Source of the DNA: Bispira polyomma
Taxonomy: Eukaryota
NCBI GenBank assembly: GCA_965649765.1
Contig: OZ287753.1
Coordinates: 4,154,001 to 4,218,000 of the forward strand
Length of the DNA stretch: 64,000 bases
Direction: 5' to 3'
The notes under the pieces were generated by a model. It did no database searches. It was not told the origin of the DNA and was given only the letters and a program-made list of their open reading frames with translations. Position 1 is the stretch's first letter, and each line of letters starts with the position of its first letter. The translations under genes and the position numbers were made by a program. Positions 39,936 to 54,199 of this stretch are shown here, piece by piece.

Positions 39936-40435
39936 TTAAAGAAAATAATGTTGTTCAAGTGATTTTGTATCCTGTGTCTGTACGATTGACTTCTTAAAGA
40001 TGTCTACTTTACAAAAACAATGTCTTCCATGTTTTATCAATTATTGTTCTATATAATCCATTTAAAAAACGGTTTTTCTCTACTTTGAACACTTGGTGTA
40101 TGAAACATGACTTTCTGCCTGAGTAAACGATTTATATGTATTTATATACGTTAGATAAATACAAATCTTAGAGAACATTTTATGTGTTGCAATTAATAAA
40201 AACTTTCGCAAAATTGTTTTAGCTATTTTAAATAGTGAAATATATTTCAAGAGAAAATTTAAATTAGTATTAATCTTTTACTAAATGATCAATACTAAAA
40301 ATTAACTTGAGTGAATTTCTTAAATTTATTAACTAGAAAAATTTTCTTCCAACTAAAATTTTTGCTTATACAGTGTTAATCTAGCTTAATGTTTTTAAGG
40401 TTTTTTGTTTTAGTTTTGATTCAGAAATAAAATTG

Positions 40436-40620
40436 GAAACCCTGGAGGAAACACTGCATACAGTTGATCAAGGTTCTGCACTGAAAAACAGCGGCCCACA
40501 GTAAGAAAGTACCACTTTTCCCACATATACATCAATGGGAGTCGAACTCAGGCTGCCCAGAGGTGAGAGACCAGTGATTGTGAAGCACAATGCTTGCTAA
40601 CCACTAGGTCACTGCGGCCC
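40436..40620 (-). mobile_element. tRNA-derived SINE family A, 3'-truncated
   Basis: Matches the reverse complement of ~14509-14700. Confidence 0.88.
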
Positions 40621-40903
40621 TGTGTCTCAACTTGGAAAGTAAATATTAATTACCAGTAAAAATTATTTTGAAGTAATCTAGAAAGTAAAATAAAATACCT
40701 AATAGTAACAATTAAAAATTCTTGAAATCAATTCTAGCCTAAACTTTGATGGTATGATTTGGTGGGTCATATTTAAGTTATACACATATGATACAGAAAA
40801 TTAATTAAAATTATAAATTTTTGTGAATGTATTTAGTAAAAAAAAAATATATTCCACTAAAATATAATTTTTGCTTTTACAGTATCCATGGCATCATATT
40901 TAA

Positions 40904-41400
40904 GTGGCTATGAACGTAAACCAATAAACCAATCGCCGATATGTAATATTGCGTATGGAAGAGCTTCTTTAAACTTCTACAACTTCACTTTTGTTACATT
41001 AAACTCCATTTATGGATAACGTATTTTCATTTTCATGAGTGGAAATAATAAAGAAATACATATGTGTTATTTTGTAGGCTGATTAATACATTTCAAGGGG
41101 CATCTTAATAGGTATTTTATGATATAAAATACATGTAACAATGAGTAAAATTATAGCAAAAATATTTACTACTTTTTAAAGAACATGCTTTAAAAACGTG
41201 ACACAATTCACACACAGAGAGGGGATCAATATTAAAATATTATACATCACTAAAAAAGTAGTACTTTATCATCATTTTGAATAGTTTTGTTTTTCCAATT
41301 AAACACACAAACAGACATAACTTGATAAAATCATTTAAAATAGTTTCTTGTATTAATTTTGTATTAATCCATCAAGGTCTTTTGTATTCTTCGTTTTCAT
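40904..41400 (+). mobile_element. Left end of an older Kolobok-type element related to 5572-9713
   Basis: TTAA|GTGGCTATGAACGTAAACCAATAAACCAATCGCCGATA resembles the 5572 terminus; 41175-41280 aligns with 5840-5945. Right end not found. Confidence 0.55.
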
Positions 41401-44400
41401 AATATAAGGAAAGATATTCGAAAAAGTAAATCACTCAAAATATTATACATGTTTTTTAAAGTATTACTCTGGTAACCTACCACGAAATTTTGAAGGCCCA
41501 TATATGCACAAATAATACTGCAGTCATTACATCAGTACCCAAGAAAACCAATGAAACCACCTTAGTAGATGACCAGAAGCGAACTACATCAAAAGCAGAA
41601 AAACACCATAAAAACAGGGAATATTACATCACACTAGATTCACGCAAATAACCCATGCCCAATTACTTACAAAAAGCAATGTAATCACTACACCAACAGC
41701 TAAAACGCCAAGAATGTTTAAACCAAACACACGTTAAACAAACTTTCTAAGAAATATTTTCGATAGGAAAAAGTCATCAGCCACACTGAACCTAAATATG
41801 CTCGCTTGTTCAAATAGGACACCTCACAAAACAAAGGATCAGAGCTGGTGGAAGAGGCATACGCACCATCCGCAGAAAGAAAGCTATTTGGGAACATAAC
41901 AGACAGCGAAGATGAGGTTAAATAACTACCTCTGTTATAATCAGAACACTAATTATTTTTGATTACACATATGAAGATTATTTATTGTTCTTGGCAATAT
42001 TACCAGATAAATATTACTACGTATAACATTATTTATTTTTCATATTGACACAATGGTCATATTTTAATAAAAAGTACTATTTCCAATAAAAGAATCTGGC
42101 TTTTTACTGATCCCTAATGGTAATAAAATACCTCATCCTAATGGTCATTTATATCATTACTGAACAAGGTCTTAGAAGTTATTATACTCCTTATATGGTT
42201 CTACTTTATATGGTCAAACAAAAGCCCTTAATAAATAAAGGAGAACAAATTTGTCCTATATTAAAAATATAGGTGGTATATTTAGAAACTCACCCATCCG
42301 TAGGAGGCAATAGGTCTGAGTGCAATGCAAGTGGTTTCTATGGCAACCCACCAAAGGAACTTTACAGTACTTCACTAGTATATATTAGTCTAAAAAACTA
42401 ACTTAACCAAACCACCAACTTTGGTCACACCTATTAATTACACTGTTAAAGTGTTGAAGATTGTATTTAACAATATAAAAACTTTTCACTGTAGTACTGT
42501 TTTGTAAACACTAGATTCTCTCTGGCTAAATCTTAAAGTTATATTTGGTAAACGAGAGAGGTCAGAATAAGAAAGGCAAAGGTGACAAGTGTGCATAATT
42601 GTTAAAGACAGTGAAAATAATGTTTGAGGAAATTTTATTTTTTTCCTGACAGATTCATCTGATTTGTTCCCTAAGGTAGGTTTTTGTGCCAGGGTGGTTT
42701 GGAGGGTTGCCCCGGTCCACTGTGGGGGACAATTGGGTTATTTAAAAGTACTACTAAAACACATATAAATCATCACAAATAACAATACAAATCACTAGGT
42801 CTTGATCATTAATGTTTGAGTACATACATTAAGGTTTTCACATGGTTTGATTGAAATAGACTTTCTTTAACTAATGGGAATAGAATATAATAATACTGGA
42901 CATATTCTAAACTTCTACATTTGATTAAGAATTACAATTTTATGTAAATATAGGAATGTTATTATATTGGGTCACTTAAAATAGATTATACATTACCCCC
43001 TCTTCTTTGGCATTTAAAGTACATCTTAATGTATTACCATGGTTTGATTTAAATAAACTTTATAGACTTTAATAAGGGTCGACATATTGCAACATACTTC
43101 TTCGTTGTAGTAAAAATTACAATTTGATGTGAATATGAGAATGTTAGCAGAGGGGTTAAGTTAAAATCGATCTGAGTTTACCCCCCTGTTTTGTAGCACT
43201 AGAATTGGAATGCTTCTCAAGCTTTTTACATGGTTTGTTTGAAATATACCATCTTTAACCAATGAAGATAGGTTTTTATATGACTGGACATAATACAACA
43301 TACTTCTTCATTACATCAAGCAAACTAATTGCCTTTTGTAGTGAATATCCCAAACATATTTGACATTTATTAAAATGTTTACCAACGATAGAAAAATATA
43401 CAGAGATGGATTCTAAATAAGATTGGAATTAAGATACCATTGAATAACACTATGAAAACAATGGAATATTTAACAATGTATTTAACCTTCTGACCAGTTA
43501 ATTTTAAACTGTTAGTTTCCACAAAATATATATTTTGTTATTCCATAAAGTGTCACAGGCATATACTGTTCACAAAGTGAGATGAAATGAAGATACCTAG
43601 AAAATAGGTTTTATTTAAGGTGGAATTTGCTTGTAAACATCTTCACCATAATTTAGGTTACGTCTGATATTCTGATTCACATAGTATTTTGCATAATGTA
43701 TAGAACTTAAATATAAAGTAAATAAAGGATCGTTCCTTACTCATCTCAAAATCTATATTACTCTCATTCCAAAACATAATTGTAGAAGTTGTGACACTAC
43801 AAAACAATGGTTTGCAAAGATTTCTGAGACAATAATTTGTTTGAAAGCCAGAGATATAAAATTATAATGTAATTTGTTTTAAAGCTAATTATATTCATCG
43901 TAGCTCAAACACTGTACCTAAGTAATGTTTAATCTTCAGTTGTTTAATGTCTGAAACCATTAAATGTATCATTTGTTTAATTGAAAAAACAAAATGTAGT
44001 ATGAGGTGAATAGACACAGTGCCAGCAATTGACAATCCATTATTAGTAATCTTTCATTGTAAGTATAATTAATAAACTCTATAATGTAGAGATAACATGT
44101 GGGTTTGATATTAATAAACAGTGTGCAAATTATCTCGCTTTCTGTCAGAAAATGTTCTTTATAACCAGTTCAATGAAGTAAAAGAAATTTAATTTGGAAA
44201 CCCATATCCATTATGAATGAAATAAAGTATAATTAAAGGTAAATGTAACAAAATTGCATCATTCAACAGTCATTTGTCATACACAGCTTGGAATTGGTTA
44301 TAAAAAGTTGCTTTAGTGCCTTGTTCTGTTTTAGTTTTAAAGTTCTATTGAGGAGTTGTGTTATTTTGCAAGAAGTCGAACATTTCAAAATGTTACAGAA

Positions 44401-45997
44401 TTACTGGATTGGATTTATTCTACTATTTTGTAAGATTAAAATTATTTTATTTGTATCTGCTTATGGTCAGTACATATAGCTGTGACAGTATCCAGACTGA
44501 TGTACAAATGTATTTGTACCCTAAAATGTATCTGTTAAACATACATTCACTCAGATATCATAACTGAATTCACATAGATTATCTTCATCAAAAAATTTAA
44601 AAAATTGATCTGAGTTTGAAGAATACAGCTTTTTATCAAATGTTTTTATGTTCTTCTACCTAAAAGTTTTTTGATAGTTGTATTTTGAAAGCTGGTGTAT
44701 CTGCTAAAAAAATTTAGGACCAGCAATAAAATTGTAATAAATAAGTACAAAAGCCTTATCTTATTATGTATTCCAACATAAATGACAGTGGTTAACAGTA
44801 ATTTGATGATTTTGGTTTACCCATTCTGAGAGATTTTGTCAGTAGATTTAGAGTTTTTTCACACAATAATTAGATCTATGATGGATGTCAGATATATATC
44901 TTTATTGTTTGCAAATATTGAATGATGCAGCGGTGAGCCAAAAGTATTTTATATTTGAAAGTATTTTTTTGCTCTCAAAAGAAACAAAAAAAAGTTTGTC
45001 TCACAACTAGCTTGATAGGTGTTATTCATCAAATTAAGATAATATCTTACAGATAATAATTAATATGGGTAATTTACAGAGCTTTTTTGTGTTTCCTTTT
45101 ATTGTGAAATGTGTCATTATTATTAGCTTACTATATTGGGGTTAGCTTCTTTTATGAAAGGAGACATTTTAGTTCCTACATAACAGTAATGCTTGTAAAC
45201 AAACAATTGTTAGGACAATAGCCAAGACAAGAACAGTATTCAATTTTGTTATAACTTGAATGAGGTCGACATTATGAAATTTCGATAGCCCAAGTCTTAA
45301 TTTAGATGTACAAGCAATAATTTAAAAAATTGTTATATCATTCGAATTCTTCATACCTTTTTATTAAATGAATAATACTTTTTATTTGAAGCACAAATTT
45401 CAGATGCTACTTTACCCTGAATTTGGGTCTTGCGACAGCATTTTCACCAAATTCTCTTAAAAGTATTGGGCTGGTTTACTTCACAATTACGAGTTTGAAT
45501 ATTTCCCCTGAAACACAAATTACCAGATTTCCTGCCATACATTCTCACAATTTTTAAGGTCCGGATGTAGTGCCATAGTTTGTGCCATAGTTTTTTGTTT
45601 ACAAAGTTCAGAACTGACTTTAAAGCCAAGTCTATTCAATCGGCCACTCAGGAAACTTCCCCCATAATGGGTTCAGTTTTTAGTTCTCCCTAGATGTCGA
45701 CACACTGCGATAGTAAGGTGACTGATGTAGTACTTGGTTATTGATACAAGAGGAGTCTATTAATTGTTTTTTAATTTGCTCTATTTTTGCACATATTGAA
45801 AAGTACAACATATTTTATGATTTAAGGTTAATTTAATTTATCTTACTGTCTAGCTTGGTTTGGTATAATTAACAGACTTCTCTTATTTCAATGTCAAAGT
45901 GCTACTGAAGTAATCAGAGGTATTGGCCATTACAGTGTTATGGTAAATGTGTTGTAAATACTTGTGAATAATATAACATTGACATCATTGCGTATTT

Positions 45998-47006
45998 AAA
46001 CTACTTCTGACTTTGAACATATCATTAGAAGGTCATTCATTTCATTGTTTCAGAAGATCAGGGGCATCCCTGGTCTTCAATAACAACATCAAATTGCAAC
46101 ACGTACAGAAACACGGATTCTGGAAGTCTGACGCCGTTTGGGAATATCTGGAAGCTACTTCTCATGCTTCTTCCATAAATCCTACCACTTTTGCCTCTAT
46201 TATCCCTCTTTCTAACCCCCCCCCCCCCCCCCCCTCCTTTTGGCTTTGGCATTTTAGAAATTTTATCTTAAAATTTCTCTGTACAGATGTTTTTTGAGTC
46301 AAATAAGCAAATACACTTATCCCAAACATAGTCAGACTTCTACCTATCCCACATCATTAATACCAGACTTTATGGTCCACAAATATATAACCTTAAATCA
46401 AGGTCAAAAATCACTCCCATATATTTTAAGCGACTGTATAAGTCACTGCCAGGCAAGCATGGCCATCCAGGCACGAAAATATATGGCTTTACAATATTGA
46501 TTGCCAACGGAATGTTTATTTCCCTAGGAACCAATCAGATAAGTTAAGCCACTAATTGATCTAGACAGTTTCCCACCTTTTTTCAGCTGGAGTTAATAAT
46601 TTGGTGGAAACCAAAAGAGTGAAGAAGCTTTGTAGCCCACCCTCCCCCCAAAAAATTCTAACTCTGATGATACAATATTATCCACAATCTAGTCAACTTT
46701 TTATATTTTAAATATACACTTAACTCCTTGGTTCCTATGTATTACTTGTATGCTTTTATGCAACAAATACTATACATGCTTTTAAATTAAGTATGTTTAC
46801 GTCATTTATTGTATGACTTATGGTTTAGTTTAACCTTTTCTTGTATTATGTATTGCTTTGCTTAGCAGGTTTTTCAGCTTTTTTTTGTAGATGTTATGGC
46901 ATTTTGAAATTTTATCTTTTAGTCAAAATAAGTAAATAAACTTATCTCAAACATATAAAACCTTAAATCAAGGTAAAAATCACTCCCATATATTTTAAGC
47001 GACTGA
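45998..47006 (+). mobile_element. 3' end of a DIRS-type (split-direct-repeat, Ngaro/PAT-like) retrotransposon with YR C-terminus
   Basis: GHSFHCFRRSGASLVFNNNIKLQHVQKHGFWKSDAVWEYL; repeat ~46247-46437 recurs at ~46897-47005. Confidence 0.8.
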
Positions 47007-49270
47007 ATATAACATTGACATCATTGTGTATTTTCATTATAGTATGCGATAACCTCATAAAGATTATTGACTTAATTTCTTTCTAAAATGGGAAATTGTC
47101 TCTTCAAAAGTTGGGTGCATACTAAACTCTCGACCAATGGGAGACATTGTATCTGAATTAGGTTGAGAAAATCTGTGGTGTCTGGGGTTTCTCTATGAAA
47201 GGAGTAGCATTTCATAGCCGTGTTGCTGTTCTGAGGGAGGTGCCAGAACAACCTTGTGCGGTAGACACCAGGGGTGGAAAGCTTAGCTTAGTTTAGTGTT
47301 ACATGTGTATATGAATAATTGATTGGGGTAAACCCCACTGTTTGGCTTACAAGGTAAACCTCAGATGTTATATCATAATCTAAATTCATATTAATATGTA
47401 ATGTTAGACAATTATTGACTAGAATCTGTTGATTTCAGCATGTAAATAGAATTATAAAATTGAATATTATATATATTTGATATTACTGAAATAAATAAAC
47501 TATTTATACCATGTTTTAGATGGTTAGAGAACTACATTAAAATCTGGGAGGGTAAAATGTATTAGTTAACATATAAAGTTGACAGTCATGAATGGTGTGA
47601 TCTGGGATGAGAGATAGACAAGGCTATAATATTTATTTTTGGTAAAGGATAAGTTTCTTCTACTTAAGATATAGTCCAAAACCTATAGATTAAATATTGT
47701 CAAACTCTTAACACTACACTACATTGTCATTAGGAAAGCATATGGAGTGTCGATAATAGAAGAAATTAAACAACTGATCTTAACAACAAACATTGTTGGT
47801 AAAAAAGCATGAGGAGTAGCAAAAATGGAAGAAATTAAAAGCAATTAACAGACTTAACTATAAATAATTTACATTTTCATTATTTGATAAAATGTTACTG
47901 ATCTTTTGTTTATATGTATGAGAAGAGAACAGGATCATGTATTGATGAAGAGTATGGTCATTAGTCACTATTCAGTTATTAAATTATGTGCCAGCTCTCA
48001 ATGTGCTTAGTTCTCAATGGTCGTAAATCTGTAGTTTGTAAAAATATAAATTTTATTAGATTTAAATATAGTATAAACTTGGAAAATAGTATGTCTCACA
48101 GTAATGACTTTATCCATAATTGTATAAAGAAAACATGTTTTAGGGTTGTACAACTGACGATTATGTAAATATTAGTCATATTGCAAGTCTCCTTAGCATC
48201 AGAGACAGTCTTAAATGCAATAGAGATAATGAAAGTCTATTTCTCTCAGAAGATGAAATTGCTTATATGCTTGAATACTTTTGTGTAAAACAGTTTCTTT
48301 ATTGTTATACCGCACAATTATTTATATTTGCAACTCTGTCATTTAATTGTTAAAAAAAACATTTTATATATATATTGTAACTGTACTTTGAGAACAAATG
48401 TATAATAAAATTAAAAAAAAAAAATTGTAACACATAGTGCTTTCCTGATGATAATGTAGCATCAGTCTTTAACATAACAGAAATCACTCAATTGCTTTCA
48501 ATCTCTTTTATTTTTGCACAAATTTAAAACTACAATATATTTTATAATTAAAGGGTAATTTAACCCATCTTACATCATCTAACGTGGTTTCCTGAGGACC
48601 CTGTAGCACTAGGTCATTGACATCAGAATGGTCTCCTGTGTATCAGATTAAAAGTCATGGCAGCGGTAGCAGATAATTTTATAAAATTAATGTGTTCCGT
48701 AAGCGAAAATAGAAGATTTTTTGGCCACCACCTTAACTAGCGACTGTGGTTCACTCAATGGGTATCCACTTTTATTAAGAATTATTTTTGGGTGTAGCAT
48801 TTTGAGAAATGTGACCGATCGGACACTAAATACTGGTATTCTGGCAGGATATTGCTTGTTCATTTCTGTCTGTTGTTTCTAACATCCCATTGAATATATG
48901 TGACCAATTCATCAGACACTGAATGCTTGTGTTATTATTGAGAGTGCGAAGGTCATCAATTTGTTGGTCATCAATTTATTTCGGTTTTAGTTGATACAGT
49001 TTGTTTACTCCCAACTGATGCCAGGCATTTCTTATGCCCAGCATCACTTGACATTAAACCAAAAAGAGATAGATATACAACAAAGGCAATGACATGCTCA
49101 AATTTTGCCCAAGGATATTATCCACCAATAACCAATATATCAATGCCTTGAGTTAAAATTAATATGCTCCGATCAGCTGACCAACTCTCTAACACTTGGC
49201 CACAGGAAACGACACCGGAAATTCATGAATTTATAATTATACAATGAACAATTATATCTTTGTGTAACAG

Positions 49271-49345
49271 GTCTACGGATGGAGACTCAGCAGCAGATGT
49301 TATTGGAATTTGACAGGCTGATGGATTTATCTACTGCAGAAACAG
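49271..49345 (+). CDS. Probable upstream exon of the CxxC-repeat gene (75 nt, phase 1-1)
   Basis: TAACAG|...CAG|GTAGTC; open only in the phase-1 frame, LRMETQQQMLLEFDRLMDLSTAET; contains possible ATG starts. Confidence 0.5.
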
Positions 49346-50814
49346 GTAGTCATTTTTATGTGCAGTTTTTATGCGCCTATTTCAAAATATGTTTCTCTCT
49401 GTTTAATTTTCTGGTGTCAAGTCAAAAAGTGGCTGTGTAATCTCGTCCCTTGCAATTTGAAACTCAATATTGCAGTTTTTGAGATTTTATGGGGTATTAG
49501 CAATATATATTTTATATATGATCACTTTATCTTGAATATTTTATCTGCAAATCCAGGAAAAACAAGGGATACGTTTTTGGAAAACTTTAAAATGGAAGCT
49601 GAATTCAGAACAGGATGTACACAACTAGCTAAGACAGAACTGCTAAAGAAAAACTTCGCCAAAGCGTTTTATTTTTCTGATTATTTCAAACTGTGTTTCT
49701 GTAGTGTAATGTTTTGATGGCGAGATATTGGGTATATTGTAGATGTTTTGGTGAAATTTAAAGATAATGTGGGAGATAATATATAATGTATCATTGTCTA
49801 TGGTTTGGTAATTTCCAGAGATATGATAAGTCCTACTATAATTCCGTTATTATAAATCAGTTCCCCAACTGGTATCCTGATAATTACATGTTCCTGCATG
49901 TAAGAAGCAGTAACCCTTTTTGGTTAGTAGCTTATGATACACATCTTTTATTTGGATGTGGCACTTTAAAATCCACGAGTGTATGGAGATCAAGCACTTA
50001 GTTTACTGATTGATTAATGTATACTCAACTCTCTCAGAAAATTTTCGATACAGTATACCAGACTAGCACAGATGAAACTGGCTTTTCAATATCTTGACAT
50101 AATAGAATCTTCCTGCATATTTACAAATTTATGTACCTTGCAAAACCTTTTAATGTAATATAAACCAATTGATACTTTCAAATCTACTAAAATCACACTG
50201 TTGCAATTTCTGTTGAAACATCTTATGTTCCTAATAGTAAAGGTTGCCAAAAGGAATGTCCAATTTTAAATGGTTAACCTCAAAAATCAAATTAAAAAGG
50301 TCAAAGTTAGCCCTTATGCATTGAGATAAGATTGACCTCAAAGGTCAAATTTAGAAAGTGATAACCTACAAATGAAGGACAAAAGCAGATTTACTAACCT
50401 TGAAGTAAACGTCTCAGTGGTATAACCTTGCATAAAACCAAGACAGGGTAAAATACATGCCATCCTAAAATACTTTCATTGTTCTGTGCAAAATGGTAGT
50501 TCACTATTCTTAATACTTCAAACTGTGACAATATTCGTAGATTTACCACTTACACAATATAAGTCTGTTGGTAACTCACAATACCATGACAAGTTATTCT
50601 TTAAAACACAACTGGCATTTAAACAAAAAATACAACAATTTGGAATCACAAAAGTGTGCAGAGTTTAGGCAAATCATTAAATTAATCCTTTTTGCAAGAT
50701 TTTTTGTAAAGTATATGTATTGTAATCTACTAGCACCGCAAACAATCCATTCCAATTATCTATCACCTAATTTCCATTTTACCATATGGCATGTTGTTTA
50801 TAGTGTGTGGTACA

Positions 50815-51130
50815 GAATCATTTCTTAAGTGTACCTACCTTTGTACGATCAGTTCACAGGTCAAAAAGACATTTTAACAATAGTTTCTCATATGATGCTC
50901 CTACGCTGTGGAATGATATGTCTTATGATATTCGTAGGTCCTCCTCACTTGCCTGTTTTAAGAAAAAGCTCAAAACCTACTTGTTTAGTAAGGCTTCTCC
51001 ACCATAGCCTCGTTACCTGCTCCAACATATCCATGGTCATGACCCCTGTTATCCAATGGCTGTGTGGAATTGTCAAAATGATTTCCCGTCTAATGTGCCT
51101 TAGATAAGCGCTATAAAAATTAGATTAGAT
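50815..51130 (+). mobile_element. CR1/L2-type LINE 3' fragment
   Basis: SVHRSKRHFNNSFSYDAPTLWNDMSYDIR...KKKLKTYLFSKASPP; AAGCGCTATAAAAATTAGATTAGAT tail. Confidence 0.88.
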
Positions 51131-51417
51131 ACAAAAAGATAATGGTTTTCCGATGTGCACATATGGTGAAAAGTCTTTGCCAAATAAATAAGTTTGTTTG
51201 GCAGATCTGTACATATATATGGTAGTTATGGCTTAAGGGCATCACATTAAAAGCTACTGTCGCAAGAATACCTTAGATTTGTGCGTCAATGGTGTAGAAC
51301 ATACAACTAATCAGGATTACTGTGTCTGGTATATATGACAGAAGTCTACAGAGATATCTTGGGACTAAAGTACTTTAGTAGGTGACAAAATGTAACACAT
51401 TATCAATATATATTTAG

Positions 51418-51567
51418 CTTGCAGCGCTGACATCAGCAACTGCAGATACTGTGATTGGAATGATGATGATGATGGTGGTAGTGGCAGTGGTAGTTGGGAG
51501 AGTCGAAAGCGTATCTGTAAGGAGTGTAATCAAGGCTATTTCCTTGATCCACACCAGAAATGTGCAA
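51418..51567 (+). CDS. CxxC/furin-like Cys-rich repeat protein, repeat exon A (150 nt)
   Basis: TTTAG| ...|GTATGT, phase 1-1; CSADISNCRYCDWNDDDDGGSGSGSWESRKRICKECNQGYFLDPHQKCA. Confidence 0.88.
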
Positions 51568-51849
51568 GTATGTATTAATTACAAATATATTCAACATTCT
51601 AGTAACTTACCATATTTCAGCTATGCTTCATGCAGTGTTCGAGGATAGAGGGCAGTAGAGATGAAGTGAATATTTTTATAATTAATCCCTCTTTAAATTT
51701 TCTAGGAAATCTTGCAAAATAAACAACTATTAAAACGAAATTACTATTCTATGTAAAATGCCATTTCTTTGTAGTATGCTACTGTAAAAGTTTTCAGTGT
51801 TAATTAAAACTATATTTGATATTGTATGATATTGTTAATATTGTATTTG

Positions 51850-54070
51850 TACAGTATTGAAATGTTTCACAGATTTTCATGGATTGGTCAGGCAAATGGG
51901 TCATATATTTTAAGAAACGGATCAATGTATTGAATTAATATAACACTAAACCCAATTTAATTATGTTATATTAATGGAAGTAAAACCAATGCAAGGGGTG
52001 TAGACATACTAACAAGTAACACGTTTGAACATAGTATCAGCAATTTACATTGTGGGAGCTCTGGAAACCTACTAAGTATTGACTTAAAGCTAAATGAGAT
52101 GAAAATTAAGCTTATAAATGTATATGTGTACAACAAGGACTCGCCAGTCTTTTTTGAATGTACATAATAATGACCAAGACTGTACCCTATAAATTTGTAA
52201 TATGAATCATGCTGGATCCAAAAATCTCAAAGTCTCAAATTATGCATATCCTGTCTACAATACAAATAACAATAATATTATAATAATGTTTTTCTAGAAA
52301 CACTTAACTACTAATGATAAGGGGTGAGACACCATAAAGAAAGGACAACGGAATAAGGACAAAAATGTTAATTTCCGAAATTAAATTGCCTGAGGAATGA
52401 ATAGCCTGAGGAAATGGACCTCTTAATACAAAAAACAGGAAGAACTGAACCCACAAACATCAAAAAATATGTTAAATCGATTAAAGACAGAGAATGGCCT
52501 AATTATAACAGGCCAAAAACAAAGCTTACTCTAACCTTTTGTCAGATTTACAAAACAACTTGTAGAGTCTAAGCCCACTAAAACTAAGTGACAAGGAATC
52601 ACTCAAATTAGAGTGACCATTAAAGGAAAAATTATTTAATGAGGCAATACAAAATGAATAAAGCCTGTCATAGATGGTTTTTTTTTCAGAATTTAATAAT
52701 GTTTTTGAGTAAGTTAAACTATTCTATCTTATAGGTAATGCATATAGGTTACAATAATGACAGAGTATACCATCTCTTGTTTCCTGAAGGGCGAAAAGCC
52801 TAGAAACTATATAAAAACCAGCAACCTATTCCTCTGATCTCTGTAATTTGCAAATTAAATAACTATGTAATAAAATTATAAATATCAAAAACACAAACAG
52901 GATTTCTCAATGGAAGATACATTGGAAAAAATACTCGCTTGATCTATGACAGAATGCATTTTACCAAAACGTAAAAATTTTTTGGCTTACTCATGTTAGT
53001 AGACTCTGAAAAAGATTTGATTTAGTTTCGCAGGATTTTGTATAATTTGTGTTTAAATATTTAAATTTTGGAAAGAGTATTATAAAATGGTTAAAAACGT
53101 TCAGTACAAATATAAAGGCCTATTTCTCCATATCTATTTATATTGTGCACACAGATATGGAATCCAATAATTGCCCATAATTAGTCTATTAGAGGGATAT
53201 ATAGAAACCAGATTGAAATAAAACTAACACAGTTAGCTGATGACACAACATTAAGGTGGAAGAGACTGGCTTACAGGTAAATACTGCCAAAACTCTGATT
53301 GTCTGAATTGGTAAAAAAGCATTCAAATTGCAATATAAAACAACAAAATCTACTAGATATCAATTTCTCTGTTAAAATGGAAAGTGTAAGTGATCTTAAT
53401 TATAACCCTATCTTTAAAAATCTAAGTAAGCGAATAAGTCTGGAAGCGATATCTCAAACCTGTTCGGAAAATCACTTTAATAGAAACTCTTATTCTACCA
53501 AAATTCAACCATCTGTTTATTTCCATACCAAAAGGTAAGACTCTTCTGTCTTATATAATTTATATGGGATGAAAAACCCGACAAAGTAAGTATAAAACAG
53601 ATAACAACAAAATATTTCAAGGTGGTTTGAAAATGGTAGATTTAAGGGCAATTTAAGAACATTCATAATTGCGATAAAAATAACATGGCTTACTATTTAA
53701 AATCCAAAAGGAAACTTCTGCTTATTGAATGTCTGTGGTCTAAAGTAGTAGAGAACACAGTAAGAACCTTTTTTGGTGGGACTTGTTAGAAGCATGGAGT
53801 GAGATAATACTGAATATTCCAGTTAAAGACCCAAATGATCTGAATAAAGTTCTCTCCTCCATGGTATAACCCTCTTTTTTCATGTGAACCTACTTTCTAA
53901 CTAAAATGGTTTAAAAAATGCATTGCCTGTCCAGTAAATATAGGCTATGAAAATGGGAATCTTTTTTTCTTAAAGTGTAACACAAAAAACATTTCACATA
54001 TCAGTTAAGTTTCTGGTACTACCACAGGTTTAAATAAGTGTCTAAGACAATAACTTTATTCTAAATCAAT
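51850..54070 (+). mobile_element. Highly degenerate L1/Tx1-clade LINE ORF2 (intronic)
   Basis: Remnants QPIPLISVICKL, QTGFLNGRYIGKNTRLIYD, GLLMLVDSEK and QLADDTT, with many stops. Confidence 0.75.
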
Positions 54071-54199
54071 CATTAAGCCCATGCAAATACAATTAGTGTA
54101 CAAATCCAATAGAGGTGGTCAAGATGCTGAAACAGCACAGTGATAACAATTATAGTTAGCGTTGGACTAAATGTGACACAAATTGAGGGGGGCACAGGG

